Source: Chiloscyllium plagiosum | Taxonomy: Eukaryota | Direction: 5' to 3' | Assembly (NCBI RefSeq): GCF_004010195.1 | Contig: NC_057718.1 | Location: 18,437,689 to 18,501,688, forward strand | DNA: 64,000 bases | Shown: positions 25,333-38,900 of the stretch, piece after piece | How the letters are laid out: each line of letters opens with the position of its first letter | Position numbering within the stretch: position 1 is the first letter of the stretch | Translations under genes and position numbers: made by a program | The notes under the pieces: model-generated | The model's database searches: none | What the model was told of the DNA's origin: nothing | The model's input: the letters and a program-made list of their open reading frames with translations, nothing else

Positions 25333-27484
25333 CCTTTCAATATGCAGGGAAATCAAAGGCATGGATTGGGGAAGCAATGAGGAATCCTTTAAAAGCCAGA
25401 CATCTCTTAACCCCCTCTCCACATGATCCCCAATCCACAAGAAACAAAAGAGCAAGACCTACATCCTCACCGCTGCCTCCTTTGAGGAGTAGGCCATGAC
25501 TTGTCAGGGCAGTGGGAGGCCATTGCTGAGGTCTGAGATAGGCCGAGATACTAACTGAGTAATGCTAGTCAGCTTCAAACAGCTGATTGGCACATAATCA
25601 GTCATGTTTCCTCAGGCCACTGGGGGCAGCAACTTAACACCTAACATGCCCGCACCCACATTTAGCCTCAGAAAGGGAAAATTGTGGCCATGGGATCTGC
25701 CAACCTTGAAAAATAATCCATTTCTTTCTTCCACCTCCTCCACAAGCACCAGCCTGAAAATATTTTTAAAACTAGCAGTACCATTTGTGGCAATGATCTT
25801 GCAGCAGAAGTGATTTGTTGCCAAGGCAAATATGGAAAACCAGACCCAATATTTATACTTCAATAGTATGTAGGAAATTGTTTTAAACTGGGACATTAAT
25901 CGTTGGAATTGCCTGGGTATAAGCAAGCAATACCTAACCAGCAAGAGGGATCATGAGAAAATGCTAATACATTACAAAACACAAATCAGTGCTTTGTGCA
26001 GGAACATGCCTCCAATCCTTCACAAATGTCACTTTGTGGAGGAGTTGGATGTTAGAGGTGCTAGAAGCACATTCTAGGAACTTGGGCACAAACTCTAGGG
26101 GGCTTAATGGGTCAGAAGATTGTTTGTAAAGCATTTAACTGTTTCAACATGATCTCAGTGTGTGCAGCAAGTGGCTCACTGGTGTCTGGTACCAGAGTTG
26201 AACCCTGGGTGCAGAATGTATTAGCAGGAGGCATAGCTATCTCCATTAATTTTAATGCTGTAATTGTTTTCTGGAAGCCTTGCGTTGCAGGTGTTATCAT
26301 CCTGCCTCTAAGTCAGAAGATCTATGTTTGAGTCCCAGTGAGGGCCTGTTGTCCAAGGAAGATGACTTTGGATTGTGGCCAAACAGGGTGAATATCAATA
26401 TATAAACACTTCCAACACCTACAACTTCAGTAGTAGGTGGTCAGAGTGGGAGAGATTTCTGGAAAGAAACTGGAAAGAAATTCAAGACTCTACCATCATT
26501 ACCCAGAGTACAACAACATACCAGAATGTAACCAGATCATTGGGAACTATGACCCAGGATGAGAAGAAAAGTTAAGTTAGACCCCAAAAAGAAAAACACT
26601 TCCAAATGTAACTGTTACAAATCCAATGGCAAGCACTGTCAATGTAAGATAAGTTCAGTGATTCCACAGTTAAGGGAAAGTGGGTCAGAGAAAGGGCACT
26701 GAATTTAAACGCAGAGATTATTTACTCAACAAGAATATAATCGCTCCTTAATTTATGATGCTTTACAGCTAAATGGAGCAGTTCAGGAGTTGGGAACTTT
26801 ACTTCTGACAAATGCAGAATGTGAGGGGCACAATGCTGCCTTTAACAGGTGCCGAGATCCTTAAAGTGGCCTTTTTTTTGGTGTGTGGTGTGATGCTCTG
26901 CTTGATCCCATGCTGCAGTCTGCGTGAGGGAGTAGAAAAAATGCTTCATAAAAGGTAGCATTCCTTTTTGATGGCTGAGGCTAGAATTCAAAGCTATCAT
27001 CATTAAATCAACACCACGCACGTTTTAACATATTTCACCCATTACAATGAGAAAGTTCCAGGTGTTTTCTTTAAAACCCTCAGCTCCATGCAACACTTTA
27101 GCTTTTATGAGTTCATAAAGAAACGGCTGCCAGCGTGTGCACTGTTACTTTGATCTTCTTCAATTAAATTGTTTCCAACAATGTCTACAACAGCTGAAGG
27201 ACATTAAGTACAAACAGTGTGTCAGTTCTTCAGGAATCTGGGCCAGTGTGACGGAGAACTTAGAAATCTCAAATGTCAGCTTTGGATTTTTGGTATGGTT
27301 GAGCATTAGTGGCAAAAATGACATTAAATTAGAATTTGGCACATGCAAACACTAAACCATGTCAATGAAGGGCAGATCTTCTCTTCCATCCAGCCTCTCC
27401 CACAGAATTGTGATACCACTTGTATCATCAGATATGAACCCCATCCCTCCCTAAACCATACAATCCTCTGGGGGAAATGAAGAT

Positions 27485-27840
27485 GGTGGCATGGTGGCTC
27501 CATGGTTAGTACTGCTGTTTCACAGCACCAGCAACCAGGGTTCAATTCCAGCCTCAGGTGACTGTCTGTGTGGAGTTTGCACATTCTCCCCATGTCTGCG
27601 TGGGTTTCCTCTGGGTGCTCCAGTTTCCTCTCACAGTCCAAAGATGTGCAGGTTACGTAGATTGATCATGCTAAATTCCCATAGTGTCCAGAGATGTGGA
27701 GGTTAGATGGATGAGCCCTGGGAAATGCAGAGTTACAGGGATAAGATCGGGGTCTGGGTGGGATGCTCTTCAAAGAGTCAATGTAACGATAATGGGCTGA
27801 ATGGCCTGCTTTCACACTGTTGGCATTCTATGATGATTCT
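27485..27840 (+). mobile_element. HE1-type V-SINE
   Basis: Full head, core and tail visible. Confidence 0.92.
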
Positions 27841-28127
27841 AAGACCCAAATACAAATCCAAACTGATTTGTAGCAAAGTAAAACCTGCACTATTTCTCTC
27901 CAAACTGAGCAAGTGGAGATCACTCTGGCTCTCAGTGCTCTTATTAAAGATGATGATGCTATCTGAAAGCAGTCAGTTAAGTGTCAAATTGGAGCTAATC
28001 TTTACGCAATATTTTATGTATTTACAAAGTTATACAATATAAGCACACACGTCCGAATCCAACAACTACAGTTTTAAACAGACTCAATTTAGAAAAGAAT
28101 TAAGTGAATCAATAGTTAATATCAGTG

Positions 28128-28368
28128 AGAAAAACAGAAATTGCTTTAACAACTCAGCAGGTCTGACAACATCTGTGCAGAGAAAACAGGGTCAACATTT
28201 CAGGTCTAGTGACACTTTTTCAGAACTCAATGTTCTGAAGAAGAAGAGTCACTGGACCCAAAATATTAACTCTGCTTTCTGTCCACAGATGCTGCCAGAC
28301 CTACTGAGTTTCTCTAGCTGTTTCTGTTTTGATTTCCGATTTCCATAATCTGCAGTTCTTTGGTTTTT
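28128..28368 (+). mobile_element. Penelope-derived (MER6-like) fold-back insertion with two decayed hammerheads
   Basis: 13-bp perfect TSD gttaatatcagtg (28115-28127, 28369-28381); imperfect inverted arms around 'cagaac-tcaat-gttctg'; ~35-nt tail. Confidence 0.85.
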
Positions 28369-28735
28369 GTTAATATCAGTGTACAACTAACAACAATTAC
28401 TGTATAATTATCAGTGAGGTTCATCCCACCCAGAAACAGGTTCAGCTCTGGTGAAGTTCACTAAACTGGAATTCATTACATGAGTTGGTAGCTTCCAACA
28501 ATTAACTATTCTCTGGGAGGAGAAACTATCTCTTGACAAATAACCTAGAATTGGTCTTATACAACTTAAAATTGGGACCCCTGGTCCTTCTTAAGCCATT
28601 AAATGGAGCAAATCATTAACTGAACTACAATCAATTAACTTCATCAACTTGTAAGCCTCAAGCTGATCACCACAAATCTATGCTTCACTGAGTGAAATGT
28701 CTCAAATTTTCAGTCTGATTTAATAACTATACAGC

Positions 28736-29055
28736 TTAGAATCCCTACAGTGCAGAAATAGGCCATTTAACCCAACAAGTCCACACCCACCCAGATCCAT
28801 TCTCCTACCCTGTTATTCTACATTTACCCCTAACCCACACATCCATGAACATTATGGGAATTTCAGCATGGCCAATTCACCTAACCTGCACATCTTCAGA
28901 CTGTGGGAGGAAACCAGAGCACCTGAAGGAAACCCACGTAGACACGGGGAGAATGTGCAAACTCCACACAGATAGTTGCCCAAGGCTGGAATTGAACCCA
29001 GGTCCCTAGTACTGTGAGGCAGCCATGCTAACCACTGAAGCACCATGCTACCCAT
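28736..29055 (-). mobile_element. HE1-type V-SINE
   Basis: Reverse HE1 head, core and tail. Confidence 0.92.
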
Positions 29056-29059
29056 CCAG

Positions 29060-29960
29060 CTTTCTGCTGTATATTAGACTAGTGGCCCTTGTCTACACCC
29101 TTTCCAATGTGTGAGGAAACCAAAACTGACACAGTATTCCAACTGAGACCTAAACAAGTTGCATTCCTCACAAACAATGATAGCATCCCATTTGCCTTCT
29201 TAACTGCTTGCTATAACTGCATTCTAACCTTTGTGACTCATGCAGTAACATATCTACAGTGGTACATCAGCACCCTCTGCACCTCAGAAGTCTGCAGTCT
29301 TTCTCCCATTTAGGTAATGATTAGATTAGATTCCTTACAGTTTGGGAACAGGCCCTTCTGTCCAACCAGTCCACACCGACCCGCCAAAGAGTAACCCAAC
29401 CAGACCCATTTCCCTCTGACTAATGCACCTAACACTATGGGCAATTTAGCATGGCCAATTCACCTGACCTGCACATCTTTAGACTGTGGGAGGAAACCGG
29501 AGCACACAGATGTGGGGAGAATGTGCAAGCTCCATACAGACAGTCGCCCAAGGTGGGAATTGAACCCGGGTCTCTGGCGCTGTGAGGCAGCAGTGCTAAC
29601 CACTGTGCCACAGTGATCTTTGCTTTATTCTTCCTACCAAGGTGAACAATTTCACATTTTCCCACACTATACTCCATGTGCCAGACTTTCGCCCACTTAC
29701 TCAACCTATTTATCTACATACATTACTTCCTTCTATCCTCTTCACAGCAGACTTTCATACCTATCTTCGAGTTGTCTACACATTTAACCGATATGCCTTT
29801 GCTTTTCTCATCTGGAACATATATATGTAAAGACTGTGGTTCCAGTATCGACCCCTGTCACATCTTGATGAACAGATAAAGACCCATTTATACAAATTCT
29901 GTTTTCCGACAGCCAGCCTATCTTCTATCCATGCTAAAATGTTATCCATTGTGGCATGGC
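29060..29960 (-). mobile_element. CR1 LINE RT fragment interrupted by HE1
   Basis: NILAWIEDRL and SKWAKVWHMEYSVGKCEIVHLGRKN on the minus strand. Confidence 0.85.
29320..29612 (-). mobile_element. HE1-type V-SINE
   Basis: Reverse HE1 nested inside CR1. Confidence 0.92.
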
Positions 29961-30392
29961 TCATATATATTTCCTTTAGCCATCCCCTCTCAGCATTGTT
30001 GTACAGTTAGAAATGTATGCAATGGACTATTCAAATCTCTCTCTTTCTCCTTGATCTTTAATTGTTTTTCTAGAGGTGTGCATGAGATTGAGCATTCACT
30101 TGCCCACATTCGCATCAATGCACTTTTTCAAGTTATAAGAGACATGTTTGCCGGATATCTGGACACCTGCATGTAATACACACCTGGTCACACACATGAG
30201 ATTCAAAAGAATTGTTTTTACAGGATGTGGAATTCCCTGCAACTAATCAGCATTGATGCAGATTCCAGAAATTGTTTTGAATGGGAAGTTATGTAATTTC
30301 TGAATCATACAGGAATGTTAGAGGAGATGGGAAAGTGTAGGACAGTGAGAAAGGACTAGCTATTTCTTTTTGAGCTAATTGCCTAATGCTAG

Positions 30393-30680
30393 TGTAGCAT
30401 GGTGGCTCAGTGGTTAGCACTGCTGCCTCACGGGACCAGGGTTCAATTCCAGCCTTGGGCAAATGTCTGTGTGGATTTTGCATGTCCCCCCTCTGTCCCC
30501 TTGGGTTTTCTTCAGGTGCTCCAATTTCCTCCCACAGTCCAAAGATGTGCAGTTTGGGTGGATTGACCATGGGAAATGCAGGATTACACGGTTGAGGTAA
30601 TGGGTGAGTCTGGCTGGGATGCTCTTCAGATGGTTGGCGATCGGTCAAATAACTTGCTTCCATACTGTAGGAATTTTATG
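30393..30680 (+). mobile_element. HE1-type V-SINE
   Basis: 'ggtggctcagtggttagcactgctgcctcac..gttcaattcc'. Confidence 0.9.
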
Positions 30681-31774
30681 AACTGATGTGAGCAGAAAGT
30701 AGCATAAAGCTGATCTGGGGGTGCACTGACACTGTGTGCAACAATTGGCTTGCTTTCCTGTAGTGTGCTTGCTGTCCCCCAAACATTCATCCACACTCCA
30801 AGAAGAAGAGGTAAAGAGACAAATTAAGCAACAAAATACGTGTTCCACTTTAGTAGATACTGGCAATCAAGTCGGAGGGGTGATTAGACCAAACATTTTA
30901 AACAATTGCATCCAGTCTGCACTTTATTATTCTCCCGACAGATTATTCTTCACCTTTGGCTTAGAGCTGGTCACAATTTCATGAGTTACAACACCCGAAT
31001 ACAGATTGCTTTTATTGCTTCAAGGGATATTGGTGTAACTGGCTGGGCCAGCATTTATTGCCCATCCCTAGTTGCCCTCGAGAAGGTAATGGTGAGCTGC
31101 CTTCTTGAACCACTGCAGTCCATGTGGTGCAGGTAAACACGCAGTGCGGTTAGGGAGCAAGTTTCCTGATTACTCAATGACAATGAAGAATAGTGGTATA
31201 GTTTGAAGTCAGGACGGTGAGTAGTTTAGAAGGAACCTTGCAGTTAGCAGCAGTTCTATATGTCTGCTGCCCCAGATGACAGGGGTCACAGTTTTGGAAC
31301 GTGCTGTGCAAGAAATCTTGGTGATTGCTGCAGTAAAAACACTTTATTAGTATATCACTTTCTTGCAGCAGCCCTATAATAGCTGAGATAGTCCTGGGAA
31401 TTGTTTGCTTCGAATGGTTAGTGAATGACAGTCACTAGCATTGGATTCAGAAGCCAGAAAATATACCCGTGTCAAACAGCCTTTTCAATTCTGTGTGATC
31501 GCGATGCTGCTGAATTGGATACTTGAAGATTTTAACCATTGTATGAATGAAGAAAGTTAAAATTAGCAACACAAAGTTGTCCTAAACCTCTCTGTGTGCA
31601 TTGTGGGTCTATCCACAGCATGTGGATTGCAGCAACAATTCAAGAAGGCAGCTCACCACCACCTTCTCAAAAGCAACTAGGGACGGGCAATAAATGCTGG
31701 CCTAGCCAGAGAAGCACACATCCCGTGAGTGAATAAAAAAAAAACTTCATCTGTAGAATTGATGATGGATCTCA

Positions 31775-32097
31775 TTGGCTCACAGCTCCAGAAACCCAGG
31801 TTCAATTCCAGCCTCAACTGTCTGTGTGGAGTTTGCACATTCTCCCCGTGCTTGTGTGAGTTTCCTCCGGGTGCTCCGGTTTCCTCTCATTGTCCAAAGA
31901 TATGCAGGTGAGGTGAATTGGACATGCTAAATTTCCATAGTGTTCAGGGATGTATAGGTTAGGTCCATTAATCAGAGGAAATGTAGAGTAATAGGATAGG
32001 GGAGAGGGTCTGGGTGGGTTACTCTTCAGACAGTCGGTGTGGACTTGTTGGGCCAAATGCCTGTTTCCACCCTGTAGGGATTCTATTCTATTCTATA
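31775..32097 (+). mobile_element. HE1-type V-SINE, head truncated
   Basis: V core and tail ending (ttcta)n. Confidence 0.9.
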
Positions 32098-32199
32098 CCT
32101 CTGTATATTCCTTTTTTAAATATATCAATTATTTTCATGTTGCAATATTAGCAAAGTTTTTGTAGCCCAAGCTGCGTGAAGGTGTGGAGCAGCAACAAT

Positions 32200-32800
32200 C
32201 TGACTGGAAAATGCTAAATTGTCAAGTCTGCGGTGGTGAGACCAGGACAGTATATAATTATGCCAGAGAAAATAGAAAGGTCTGCCTTTGCTGTCTCTGA
32301 CTCTATCCTTGAACTCTCTTGACAGGACAATGTCACCATGTTGGAGATCCTGGAAGGTACTAATTCCATCAGCTAGTCATATCTGCATTGGCAGACCACA
32401 TATCCAAAGACGTTGTGGCCACTAGACAATGACATCCTGGGAGAAAATGTGTAAGTGAAAACTGACAATGTGGATGTTGACAATGACAGCTGGAGGACAG
32501 TTACTGATGGTTCTAGATTAGTGGTGCCGGAAGAGCATAGCAGTTCAGGCAGCATCCAAGGGGCAGTAAAATCGACATTTCGGGCAAAAGCCCTTCATCA
32601 GGAAGGGCTTTTGCCCGAAACGTCGATTTTACTGCTCCTTGGATGCTGCCTGAACTGCTGTGCTCTTCCAGCACCACTAATCCAGAATCTGGTTTCCAGC
32701 ATCTGCAGTCATTGTTTTTACCCAGTTACTGATGGTGACAACGTGGCTGAGTGCTTTGGAAAGTCATTGGAAAAGGCCAATGAACTACGCACCTTCTGGG
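32200..32800 (+). mobile_element. RTE-clade LINE 3' relic
   Basis: QDNVTMLEILEGTNSIS..LHW..HISK..VDVDNDSWRTVTDGD resembles the RTE ORF C-terminus; split by a Penelope palindrome. Confidence 0.6.
32512..32722 (+). mobile_element. Penelope-derived fold-back insertion with hammerhead core
   Basis: 14-bp perfect TSD cagttactgatggt (32498-32511, 32723-32736); arms span 32511-32687; 35-nt tail at 32688-32722; minus strand CUGAUGAAGGGCUUUUGCCCGAAAUGUC. Confidence 0.92.
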
Positions 32801-33819
32801 TCTGCTGTCTTTCTCTGTCCAGGCAGCTGTACCAGAGAGGGGCTTCTGACCAGAGTGGGGGCCCTGAGTCAGACTCTGCGATGCTCATCACAGAGTTGAC
32901 AATAATGGAGAAAGGTATCATCACATGTAATAGAAAACTGCCACAGAATAGAGTGGAGAGCGGTCTTTTGTTTCTGCGTATTACTGTTACAAATCCATTT
33001 AAACTTAGCCTTTATTTCTGCTGCTGCCCCCTATAAATGTGTCAATGCACCTGTGGTCGTTTGTAGCATAGCAAGGTGCTGGCCAGTTCTTGAAAGTGAG
33101 TATGGTAAGTGAAAAAACATGCAGCACATTCATATAAAAGAATAACAGATGTCCAAGAGATGAAGAAGCAAGCTTCGGGCCCTGTACTAAGTATGTTCGT
33201 GAACAGTGCCAAAACTAATTTGGGACCATGTACACCTTGGTATCGCAACCAGCACCATCTGTTACTGCACATTGTAACTTTGCAAGCTGATTTCTTGCTC
33301 CTTGTTCAGTTCTCTCCCGTAAGAGCCTCTCAGTGAGGGGATGGTTGCCACTTGCTACCTGATACTTCAGGTTGATTGGCAAACTCAGTCCAGACCATGT
33401 TTCTCCAGATCTTCAGGCAGGACGATGTTGACAGAGGTGATCTAGCATCAAGTACAATGTGTTAAAAGCTGGGACACATGTGATGAATTATCAGTAAACA
33501 AGAATTTTAAACCGTTACTGAGTAACTGTGCTGTCAGTTGTGTCACTAGCAACATTACTGATAGTTATAACCTGTGATTTCTATTAAAGTGTAATGAAGC
33601 ATGTCGGTGCCCTACAGTTTCATCAATAGACTATGGACAAGCACATCCTCATTAGTGCGACACTACAAGCATTGTTATCACCCCTAACCATTTATGATTT
33701 GAATATTGTTGTGCAATCAGCTGTAGCTCAATGATAGGACTCCTGTTACTGTCTCAAAGATGGGTTCAATCACTCCAGAAAGGCTTGTGCTCAAAACTGG
33801 TATTGATGAAGATGAATGA

Positions 33820-34750
33820 ATGATGATTTATTGTCACTCGTACTCTACAATGAGCAACACAGTAAAATACAGTGAAAAGCTTCAACTGCCTCTACAATCC
33901 AGCACCACTTTGAAAAGTTTAAGAACAAAAAAGATATAACTAAAAGAGAAAAATGAAAATAAACCATGGATGCTGTAAATCAGAAACAAAAATAGATGTT
34001 GTTGGAAAAGCTTAACAGGGCTGGCAGCATCTGTGGGATAAATCATGGTTAACGTTTTAGGTTGAGTAACCCTTCCTCAGAACTCCATCTCCGCTCCATC
34101 GCCTCCACCATGAGATCTGAGCTGGCTCACCAAAGACACCTGTGCCACCACCCCTCCCAATGCTGGAGTTGCCACTCTTCAGGTGCCATCTGTTTGTCAC
34201 CAGGCCCACCTTCCTGACAAGCTGCTGAGGGTCCAGGGCTCCATCCACACTTGGCTCGCAAACAGGAGACCCCTGGCTCAGCTGCCAACACCGCCTCCCT
34301 GATAATCAGGAGACGCTGCTCTGGGCCTACCACAACCAGGAGCTGCTGACTTTGCTACCGCCACTGCCTGGAATCCCCACGGCTGGCAGCCCATTCCTGA
34401 TGAAAGGCTTTTGCCCAAAATGTCGATTTTCCTGCTCCTTGGATGCTGCCTGACCTGCTGTGCATTTCCAGCACCACTCTAACCCATACCACACCACTGC
34501 CAGGTCAGCCTCTGCCTCGCTGAGACCTGGAGTCCCCACGAAGGTCTACCACAACCTGGAGTCCCTGGCTCTGCTCCAGGCCAGGCCGTTACCTCTCTCA
34601 GAGCCCTGCTCTGGCTGCCCTCCTCCACGATGTCATCTTCTCTACTGCCACCGGCAGGAAAAAGATGAAGGAAAAGTAAAAGAACAAGAAAGAAGACAAC
34701 AAGGATAAGGAAAGAAGGGAGAAAGTGGCTGGCATGAAGCAAATGGGCCC
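33820..34750 (-). mobile_element. GC-rich unclassified repeat with two nested Penelope pLTR fragments
   Basis: Reverse tail 'tttattgtcactcgtactc..tacagtgaaaag'; PLE pieces at 33962-34083 (-) and 34392-34480 (+, cctgatgaaaggcttttgcccaaaatgtcg). Confidence 0.55.
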
Positions 34751-35989
34751 ATAAGTCCTAACGCTGACTATCCAGCCAGTGCCAGCATTTTGGATCATGT
34801 TGGTATTGTCAGGGGTGCTGCATTTCTGATGAATGGTTAGACAATAAAGTGCTTTGGAAGGGGGACAGGCAGCAAGATGTGAGCTGAAGGGTGATGGATG
34901 GGTTTTCCTTGAGATGATAAAAGGGGTTTTACAAATCTAACTGTTTCTCCCTCCTTTCCTATTTTGAAAATTTGTTGCACATCGCTACTTTCCCAACAGC
35001 AGCAGTGCTACATTGGCATATTCAATTTTAAATTAAACAGTAAAAAAAATCATTTGATTTTGGCTTCTTTCTTCTTTCTATTCCAGGTTTTCCTTCTCCT
35101 GCTGCCTGGGTGTTAGAGTGACACAGAAAATGACTTGGTGAGCACTAATTTCACTCTGATAGTTCTCATAAATATAAATACTTCAAGCGTAACACAAGAC
35201 AAGATCATTCAAACCTTTATAACCAACAGTGTGCTGACAGTAAAGGTTTAGCCTTGCACCTTATTTGGTCTCATAGGGAAACCAGGCACTAGCTCATTAG
35301 CCTAAGTAATCAACTGGAGTGAAGACCAGTGTTAATTATTGCTGAAAGCAACAAATTAATATTGCTCCTGTGCTGGGGGAATTGTGAAGACGTTCATGTT
35401 GCATTTAAACCAGTGACAGTGTGATACATTGCCCGCCTTTAAATGTTGTCCCATTACCAAAGCAAAACTACACAGAGCTTATAGAGAAAAAAAATGATCT
35501 TGTCAACTACAACCTAATTAAAGACCTCAAATAGTTACTGCTCTGGTTCTTTGCCCCACCTCCCCTTAATCTAACTTGCTCTGCCTTGGCACTGAATCTC
35601 ACTTGATTGCAAACACACACAAACGCATTTAAATTCAGACTCATCAGGCAGAGGAATGCCTAATTCTCAGTTTTTGAGATCGAAATCTAACCCTGAACTG
35701 ATGTGCCTCCTGGTTTGCTGTAGTCGTGTGTTCTTTACCATGAGGCACTCACGGAAAATATCCATCTTAAGGCAATTCAAAAAATGGGCATGATGCACAC
35801 AAGACAACATGGTTTTGGAGTGGAGCTAAGGTTGAATATGGAAGGACTGAAAAAAGCACACCTACTAAAAGAGAAAGACAGTAATATTTAGAGCTACTGA
35901 AAACTACTAGAAGCCACAGAAAAAGAATAAAGAAGCACAACGCAGCTAAAAGCACTGGCTTAACCACACAATGGCTATAACCTTTCTTG

Positions 35990-38900
35990 TCCTAGCGCCT
36001 ATTGAAATAGAAGGTTATATGAAACAGAAGTGTAGTTATTTTCCATTCACATTGGCAAAATTAAGGAATTGTGATAGATTAAATGATCAGGCCAGAGAAG
36101 CTACACTTTTACAACTGTTGGAGAGAAACTGATATAAAGAGCACTGCATCCTCAACTTACCAAGACAGAAAAATTGCAGTAATTTTAAAAGCCTTCAAAG
36201 CATGTTTTGAAACCCAAGTGAATGTAACTTATGAACAATTTGTTGCTCCAAGGTGAAAAAGAGGTAAAAGAGAAACAGAATCAATGTCTGACTGCATTAA
36301 TAAAGGTTGCAGAATCCTGTGAATTTGCTCAACTAAAAGATGATCTACTTAAACCAAGTTTATATTTAACATAAGAAGTCTTACAGTGAGAGCAAATCCA
36401 CTGAGAGAACAGAAACTCCCTCCCAGGGTAGGGGTCAACATAGCCAGAAGCTCAGAGGTTGTTAATCAGGAGCATATTCATGCAGAACACACTGACCCTT
36501 GCATTATGCTGATAGACATTCCAGTTTCAAACAGCAAAAAAATTTACGACAAAAGGCAAGATGCAAATATGCACAGGACATCATAAAAAGGAAAGGCAGG
36601 CATGACCAAAATGGGGATAGCAGTGTTCTTACTGAGAAACAGAATAATTTTGCATACACATGTCTATCTAGAGAAAAGCACATCAAGTAGGTACAGAGGG
36701 TCATTGGAGAGATAACAGCTGAAGATTCTGACGAATCACACTACACAGGACAAGGTCAGCAGATACATGGGAACACCACCCCCTGCATGTTTCTTTCTAG
36801 CCACTCACCATCTTGATTTGGAAATATATTGCCACTTCTTCAGTGTTGCTGGATAAATTTCCTGGAACTATCCCTCTAACAGCATTTTGGGTGGACCTAT
36901 ACCAAATGGACTACTGTAGTTGAAGAAGGCAGATCAACTCCACCTTCTCAAGAGCGACAAGATATGGAAATAAATGCTGGCCCAGCTGATGACACCCACA
37001 GCCCGTGGAAGAATTTTAAAAATCATGCAATACTTTGGTGTTAAGGAAAGTTTATTTACATACTATGAGTGTTTAGAACCAGAGAGAGGGAGAGCTTTAA
37101 GCCATTAGCTTAGCAGAAACCAGAATGAGCAAGTTTTGTTTTAATTTAGTTGAAAATTTTTTTTGACAGGAGTTAGAAGCAAGTTTAGATACTACGAGAA
37201 AAGGAGATTGTTCAAGTATTTGAGGAAATAAGTTACCGCACATAAAATTGTTTATTCTTGCAAATTTCCAGGCCAGGAATGTTTGTCAGATTATTACTGA
37301 GAAAACTGATTAAGACTGAGGAAGTCTAAATTCTCATTTGGGTGATGGCCAAGGGGGGTGGCCTCAGGAATTCACAAGACTGGAGCTGAAAAGAAGCGGC
37401 TAAGCCAAACCTACAGATTTGATACGGAAGGAAAATTTCTCCAGATTCAGATTAACTATAAAGTAAGAGTGTTGGAGTGTACACAGAATTTTGTTTTGCG
37501 ATTAATTTTGTAATCTTTAAAATTCTTATATTTTAATAACTTGCTCTGTTTTAGTTTAATTTTATTTTTTGTGTGTAAAAAACTTTTCCCAAATCTGCAG
37601 CTTTTTCTAGCTATGTTAGTGAAACACTGCATCATTACATTTTTTAAACATCTTTCGAGCCAGACTTCATTTTGGGATCTGATTTGTTCGGTAGTCACAT
37701 CAGCTGGGAATCATAATAGTAGGGTTTTATTGTAAATCTATAGTTTAGCACAAACACCAGTTTCTATCTTTCCCTTCTGAACCTTTTCCCTGTCCAAAAG
37801 CTTTTTTATGTTTTAGAAAACCCACCTTTTGGCAATTAAGCTCTGCCCACAGCAACAAAAACAGAGGCAGTGTGGAGAAGAACCCAGCACTTTCTCCAAA
37901 GAAAATACCAAATTACCAATTTTACAAATTAAACAGTTAATGTAGAAGTCTAGTGTGTAATGCCTGCTCTCAGCCAACCCTGGATCTGCTCAGGCTGAAT
38001 CCTGGGGCTCTTGTGTGGCAATGGTAGGGTCCCCACCTTTGAGCCAGGGGGCCTGAGTTCAAGACACACCTCCTCCAGGGGTGTGTCATAGCAACTTTGA
38101 GCTGGTTAATTAGGAAGATACGTAAATTCAAATTGACCCTCCATCATATCTCTCCCTCACTGCTCATAGTTTGTATTGCCCTTAACGGGCTTTGCATATA
38201 AATTATTCCATTGGATAACATTAATGCTTTTTGGGGATGGCTAATAGATGAAAAAAAAAACACAGGTGATTTGATGAGGGGAAAACAAAATGCTCTGCAT
38301 TCTCTCCACAGTTTCTGCCAGATCTGCTGAGTTTCTCCAGCAATTCCTGCTTTGGTAACACAAATTGAGATAAAATGCCTTGCCATCACCTTTGTTCGTA
38401 AATATTCTTATCGATGCCTACTTGTAAGAGAAAATGTGACAATCGAGTTCAACCACAAAAGATTGCAGGATCACAGAATGGCATAATTGCTCCAGTGCAG
38501 AGGATGAAATTCAGCATCTAAATAAAGCTCTATTGTAAGTAAAACGCACCACCTTATGCCAACTATCAAAAGAAATTTGCTACAACTTGCAAGGGCAACA
38601 GTCCTCATTAGCCAAGATATGAAGGTTGGTTACTGGCAAGTGAAGCTGCATGAAAGTAACAGATTTCTCGCTATGTTCTCGTCAACATTTGGAAAATACA
38701 GATGGTTGTATATGTCTTTGGCATTTCCATGGCTCCAGAGATTATGAACATAGACAGTATCAGATATTTAGTGATTTTCTGGGAGTGGAAGCCATAGCAG
38801 ATGATTCAATAGCCCATATGTGCAGCAAAACAAAGGAATTGCTGACAACAGCCAAAATCTGATGTGCCTATTAAACAAGAGTTCACCAGATGTATCTGAA

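Noticed and set aside
32455..33036. 193-aa ORF
   Set aside because: Chimeric read-through of an RTE relic, a Penelope palindrome and flank; the same peptide recurs at 57310-57681
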